A stretch of 64,000 bases of DNA from an uncultured Candidatus Saccharibacteria bacterium (GTDB lineage Bacteria; Patescibacteriota; Minisyncoccia; Phycocordibacterales; UBA2100). The DNA lies in NCBI GenBank assembly GCA_964424265.1, contig CAYRHX010000001.1, positions 64,498 to 128,497 on the forward strand, in the 5' to 3' direction. The notes under the pieces were generated by a model, which ran no database searches, was not told the DNA's origin, and saw nothing but the letters and a program-made list of their open reading frames with translations. Shown here piece by piece: positions 60,747 through 64,000 of this stretch (position 1 is its first letter; the number at the start of each line of letters is the position of its first letter). The translations under genes were made by a program, and so were the position numbers.

Positions 60747-61103
60747 CTACCTCGGACTGAAGATCTGTGCCGCTTTGGTTGTGCTCGCGGAAACGAAACC
60801 TGGGGAAATGAGGGGGGCAAACGGATTCTCACGACCAATGGGTTCGGCGACAATTTGAGTCGAGAAGTCTTTTAAGGTCATAAACGGAACGGAGTTGAGA
60901 ATCTTGGGATCGAGCTCGACCGATCGAAATGTAAGGAGCGTGGTCACGAGACTCTGCTCAATGGGGCTACTTGCACCCTCCACAGGTATCGTGACGAGAT
61001 CGGGAACCGAAGTACTTGAGGAGAGGCCATACCACACACCACCTGCAATCAAGACGGCGACTCCGATGAGGGCTAGTTTATGTTGAGAAAAAATTTGAAG
61101 CAT
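60747..61103 (-). CDS. Hypothetical small membrane-anchored protein in the pilus cluster
   Basis: N-terminal TM helix (LALIGVAVLIAGGVWYGL). Lies between pilB and the pilO-like gene. Confidence 0.4.
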   Translation of the reverse strand: MLQIFSQHKLALIGVAVLIAGGVWYGLSSSTSVPDLVTIPVEGASSPIEQSLVTTLLTFRSVELDPKILNSVPFMTLKDFSTQIVAEPIGRENPFAPLISPGFVSASTTKAAQIFSPR

Positions 61104-61115
61104 AGTTGAGGTACA

Positions 61116-61700
61116 TTATTTGAGCCAGTATGTTCGGAGCACAACATTGAACGTATATTGAGGTTCTACGCTTCCTGAAGCTTGGGAGAATGCATCTGCG
61201 CTCGGGCTCATCGTGAGCGAAACGAGGTCGACGATACGGAGACTCAATTCTAGATCCCGCAGAAAACGACTAAAGGTCGCGTAGGATGCTCGAGTACTAA
61301 ACGTAAAAGTCAGTGAGTCGTATTTTTGATCGGACGTGCCTATCTCCACGGCCGCAATTTGGTTCTTGGACGCCCTGTTCAAAGAACTCGAGACGTCGAC
61401 ATTCTGGAGCGCTATTCCGTGCTGCCCCGCGAGGTTATCGAGGTCGAGAATCAATCGCACGTTGTTGACGTGATCCGGAAGTAACTTCTCGAGCCTCTCG
61501 ATGTCTGTGAGCTTGAACGCGTTGAATCGAGACAAAAGACTGGCGTTGAGTCTTTGCAATTCCGCAGCCTTTTCGAGCACTGCGTCATACTGCGCAATCT
61601 CAGTCTGGACGCTCTTTACGCTATCGTAAGTCGGTTTGGTATAGAAAAAAAATACCACTCCAGAAAGAACAAATCCTATAACTGCAATGATTATTTGCAT
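61116..61700 (-). CDS. PilO-like pilus assembly protein
   Basis: N-terminal TM helix, a coiled-coil segment (VQTEIAQYDAVLEKAAELQRL), and a C-terminal domain. Confidence 0.6.
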   Translation of the reverse strand: MQIIIAVIGFVLSGVVFFFYTKPTYDSVKSVQTEIAQYDAVLEKAAELQRLNASLLSRFNAFKLTDIERLEKLLPDHVNNVRLILDLDNLAGQHGIALQNVDVSSSLNRASKNQIAAVEIGTSDQKYDSLTFTFSTRASYATFSRFLRDLELSLRIVDLVSLTMSPSADAFSQASGSVEPQYTFNVVLRTYWLK

Positions 61701-61702
61701 AG

Positions 61703-62398
61703 CTAATTAGTAGTCGGGGTGTCTGTCGGCGCCCCCAAGGGAGATTCTGTCCCGGTCGGGAGTGCCCCTTGCGGCGCTCGAGGATTTTGTGGGACAGATC
61801 CCGGCACACCGCTCACAAGACTTGCGTAGTTTATTTCAGCCGGATTCACCATGGCCGCTAGATTGAAATGAACTCCATCTTTGTCTCTCGCGATACCGGA
61901 AAAAATTGGACTTGTGATGATTCCATTTTTGCTAAAGATGTCCGCTTGCAACGCGATTGAATTTACGCTCTGAGCAACCCCCGCCATCTGGACGGAGATA
62001 TGTTGGGAATCGACCATTTCGAGATTAAGCGTGCGAAACGAGACTGTCTTGAGGGTCGCTTGCTGAAGAGCCAGGAAAAACGCCGTCGGAGCCGTGTGGG
62101 CCGACAAAATGCGTTCTGCCGCTTTCATGCGATCGTCGAGTCTCGTCAGCGTGTGAATGAGTGAGGGATTAAACGACTCTTTAGCACGGTTAAGCTGTTC
62201 AAGCTTGGATGAACTCTCTGTAGCTAAGTACTGTTGATACACAAAGACCCCCGCCGCGAGAGCGACAGAAGCCACCAAAAGTACGATAGCGCAGAGCAAA
62301 AGGAGCTCGTTGAGTCCCCCGCCCTCTCTCCTTTGGCCCGCGTAGGGGGCACCCGTATCTTGCGGTATGAAAGAGACTGGTGCATTTGTTTCTGCCAT
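61703..62398 (-). CDS. PilN-like pilus assembly protein
   Basis: Short cytoplasmic N-terminus, a TM helix (LLLLCAIVLLVASVALAAGVFV), and a coiled-coil periplasmic domain. Confidence 0.6.
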   Translation of the reverse strand: MAETNAPVSFIPQDTGAPYAGQRREGGGLNELLLLCAIVLLVASVALAAGVFVYQQYLATESSSKLEQLNRAKESFNPSLIHTLTRLDDRMKAAERILSAHTAPTAFFLALQQATLKTVSFRTLNLEMVDSQHISVQMAGVAQSVNSIALQADIFSKNGIITSPIFSGIARDKDGVHFNLAAMVNPAEINYASLVSGVPGSVPQNPRAPQGALPTGTESPLGAPTDTPTTN

Positions 62399-62403
62399 AT
62401 TTT

Positions 62404-63552
62404 TTAAGCGTTCTTCAACTCTCTGAGAGCAATGCCGACCGCGACCGCAAAACCAGGGCCAATGTCTCGCAACACTTTCGCGAGAAACGCGGGTGCCTCG
62501 GTATGCGCGAATGGATTTGCTATCTCCACTTCGACAGAAAGCGAGCTGTGTGCTACTTCTCTTAAGCCAGGAAGCGAAGCGCCGCCTCCCGTAAGAACCA
62601 CACGCGGCACGTTTTTGTTGTACCGCTGCCCGTAACTCAATAGTACTCGATTCACTTCTGAAAACACACGCGTTAGTGTTGATAACAAAGCGGTCTTGAT
62701 TCGATCATTCTCCTCGGGACTATATGCATTCGAACTTACCAAGCCACATTCACGTTTTATGCGCTCCGCCTTCTCAAAGTCCCACTCGAGTGAGCGCGCC
62801 AGATTCTCCGTCATGTGCTGCCCCCCCGTGCTCATGAGATGAGAAGAACGCACGATACCTCTCTCGACGATGTACATCTTTGTCGTCGCGGCGCCCAAAT
62901 CGACAATGAGGACAGGAGCCACGCCGTGCCCCACTGAAGAGCGCGCGGTACTGAAGATTTCGATCTCAAAGAAGTCGATCTTGAGGCCAGTACTTGCTGC
63001 GATCTCTTGATAGCTTTGCAAAATGTTGTTGTGTATCGCCACTAAGAGGACTTCTTGTCCTTTTACCTGGAGCGCCGTTTCCTTCTCCACTCGATCGAAT
63101 GCGCTTTGCTCTCCCTCGTCTTTTGGAATCACGAACCAATCGAGCTTCACCTCATCCACGGGAAGCGGAATGTATTTGCGTGCCTCAATGGGAATAATGC
63201 GTTTGAGCTGTTCGTGATCGACATTTGGAACGTTCAGAACCGTAATCAAACTTGAAGAGAATGGGATGGATAATCCACCTGCTCGAGCAGTCACATTGGC
63301 CTCGCGCATGACATCGACAAGGGCCTCGGTAATCTTCTCTGGCGGGATTTTCACCGCTTTCCCAATTGGTTGCTGTCCAAAAGGACCAAGTGCGATCTCA
63401 CCATACGTCTCGAGGATCGCTACCCCACGCGAAGTACGTAGCTGGACGATCTTCGCACTTGATGAGCCAATATCGATACCCAAAACACTTCTTTCAGAAG
63501 GTTTTCCGAAGGACGCCAGACTTTTGAAAACATCTCCGAGAGAAAACACCAT
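62404..63552 (-). CDS. pilM: Type IV pilus assembly protein PilM (actin-like ATPase)
   Basis: N-terminal phosphate-1 motif LGIDIGSSSAKIVQL and actin/FtsA-like fold motifs (VLTGGGASLPGL). Length 382 aa. Confidence 0.85.
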   Translation of the reverse strand: MVFSLGDVFKSLASFGKPSERSVLGIDIGSSSAKIVQLRTSRGVAILETYGEIALGPFGQQPIGKAVKIPPEKITEALVDVMREANVTARAGGLSIPFSSSLITVLNVPNVDHEQLKRIIPIEARKYIPLPVDEVKLDWFVIPKDEGEQSAFDRVEKETALQVKGQEVLLVAIHNNILQSYQEIAASTGLKIDFFEIEIFSTARSSVGHGVAPVLIVDLGAATTKMYIVERGIVRSSHLMSTGGQHMTENLARSLEWDFEKAERIKRECGLVSSNAYSPEENDRIKTALLSTLTRVFSEVNRVLLSYGQRYNKNVPRVVLTGGGASLPGLREVAHSSLSVEVEIANPFAHTEAPAFLAKVLRDIGPGFAVAVGIALRELKNA

Positions 63553-63564
63553 TCTACAATTGTA

Positions 63565-63891
63565 TCACGCGATTTTGTCGATCTTCGCAGCAAGAATGAA
63601 GTCATTCTCCGAAAGGCCGTGAATTGCATGAGTGGTGAGGTCGACGGTGACCTTCCCCCATCCAATCGAGAGATCAGGATGATGGCCCTCGCGCTCCGCG
63701 ATGGGCGTGATCACGTTGGCAAATCCCATTGCTTCTACAAAATTCTTGAATGTGAATTGTTTGGATATTTTTTTGACATCTTCCGATAGCGACCAGCCAT
63801 GTACGTGCCCTAACATCGCCCTCGCTTCCATCTCAGTGAGCGGCTTCGCGTCCCCTTCACACGCAACACACCGTTTTTGCGACAAATCCAT
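63565..63891 (-). CDS. Pterin-4a-carbinolamine dehydratase (PCD/DCoH)
   Basis: EREGHHPDL catalytic motif in a 108-aa protein. Confidence 0.85.
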   Translation of the reverse strand: MDLSQKRCVACEGDAKPLTEMEARAMLGHVHGWSLSEDVKKISKQFTFKNFVEAMGFANVITPIAEREGHHPDLSIGWGKVTVDLTTHAIHGLSENDFILAAKIDKIA

Positions 63892-64000
63892 CTCCCCACT
63901 CTATCACGCACAGAATCCTCGACTATTCGCCGTGCCCTGCGTACAATCCCCCGGATGTACAGAGCAGTGGCGATGGTTCGATATACGTGTGAAGCCCTTC

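Overview
This is a compact bacterial chromosomal segment of about 52% GC, possibly from a small-genome Patescibacteria/CPR-like organism; that lineage is inferred from gene content and is not a firm call. Genes are short, mostly on the minus strand, and often overlap by 4-14 nt. Clear housekeeping genes include metK (cut by the window edge), glmS, pyrD, a CBS-less IMPDH/GMP-reductase family gene, pyrG, ftsE, ftsX, prfB, typA, gatC, gatA, ligA, a DEAD-box helicase gene, rluA, msrA and an mntR-mntH pair. The final 12 kb (about 52.5-63.6 kb) is a type IV pilus cluster: three or four pseudopilins, pilD, a pilA major pilin, pilC, pilT, a REC response regulator, pilB, a small membrane gene, then pilO-like, pilN-like and pilM. 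Five tRNA genes are present: Gln-CTG, Thr-CGT, Thr-GGT, Asp-GTC and Met/Ile-CAT. The tRNA-Asp locus carries degenerate tRNA-Asp-derived repeats and sits next to an HTH plus LAGLIDADG-like gene. The main unusual items are: (1) a 969-aa protein beside tRNA-Gln with an N-terminal GHKL/sacsin-type ATPase signature and a C-terminal HExxH motif; (2) a roughly 600-bp ORF-free, highly structured region at 46.83-47.46 kb that includes a tRNA-like element with a G3:U70 acceptor pair and an ACC 3' end, a tentative tmRNA candidate; (3) an SRA/YDG-like protein in a two-gene cassette with a small PHA_gran_rgn-like protein; (4) a membrane-anchored HEPN/DUF4145-like protein; and (5) an asparaginase N-terminal-domain-only gene immediately upstream of gatC-gatA, with no gatB nearby. 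No CRISPR array, integrase, transposase or rRNA gene was found. All family assignments come from reading motifs in the supplied translations and have not been checked against any database.
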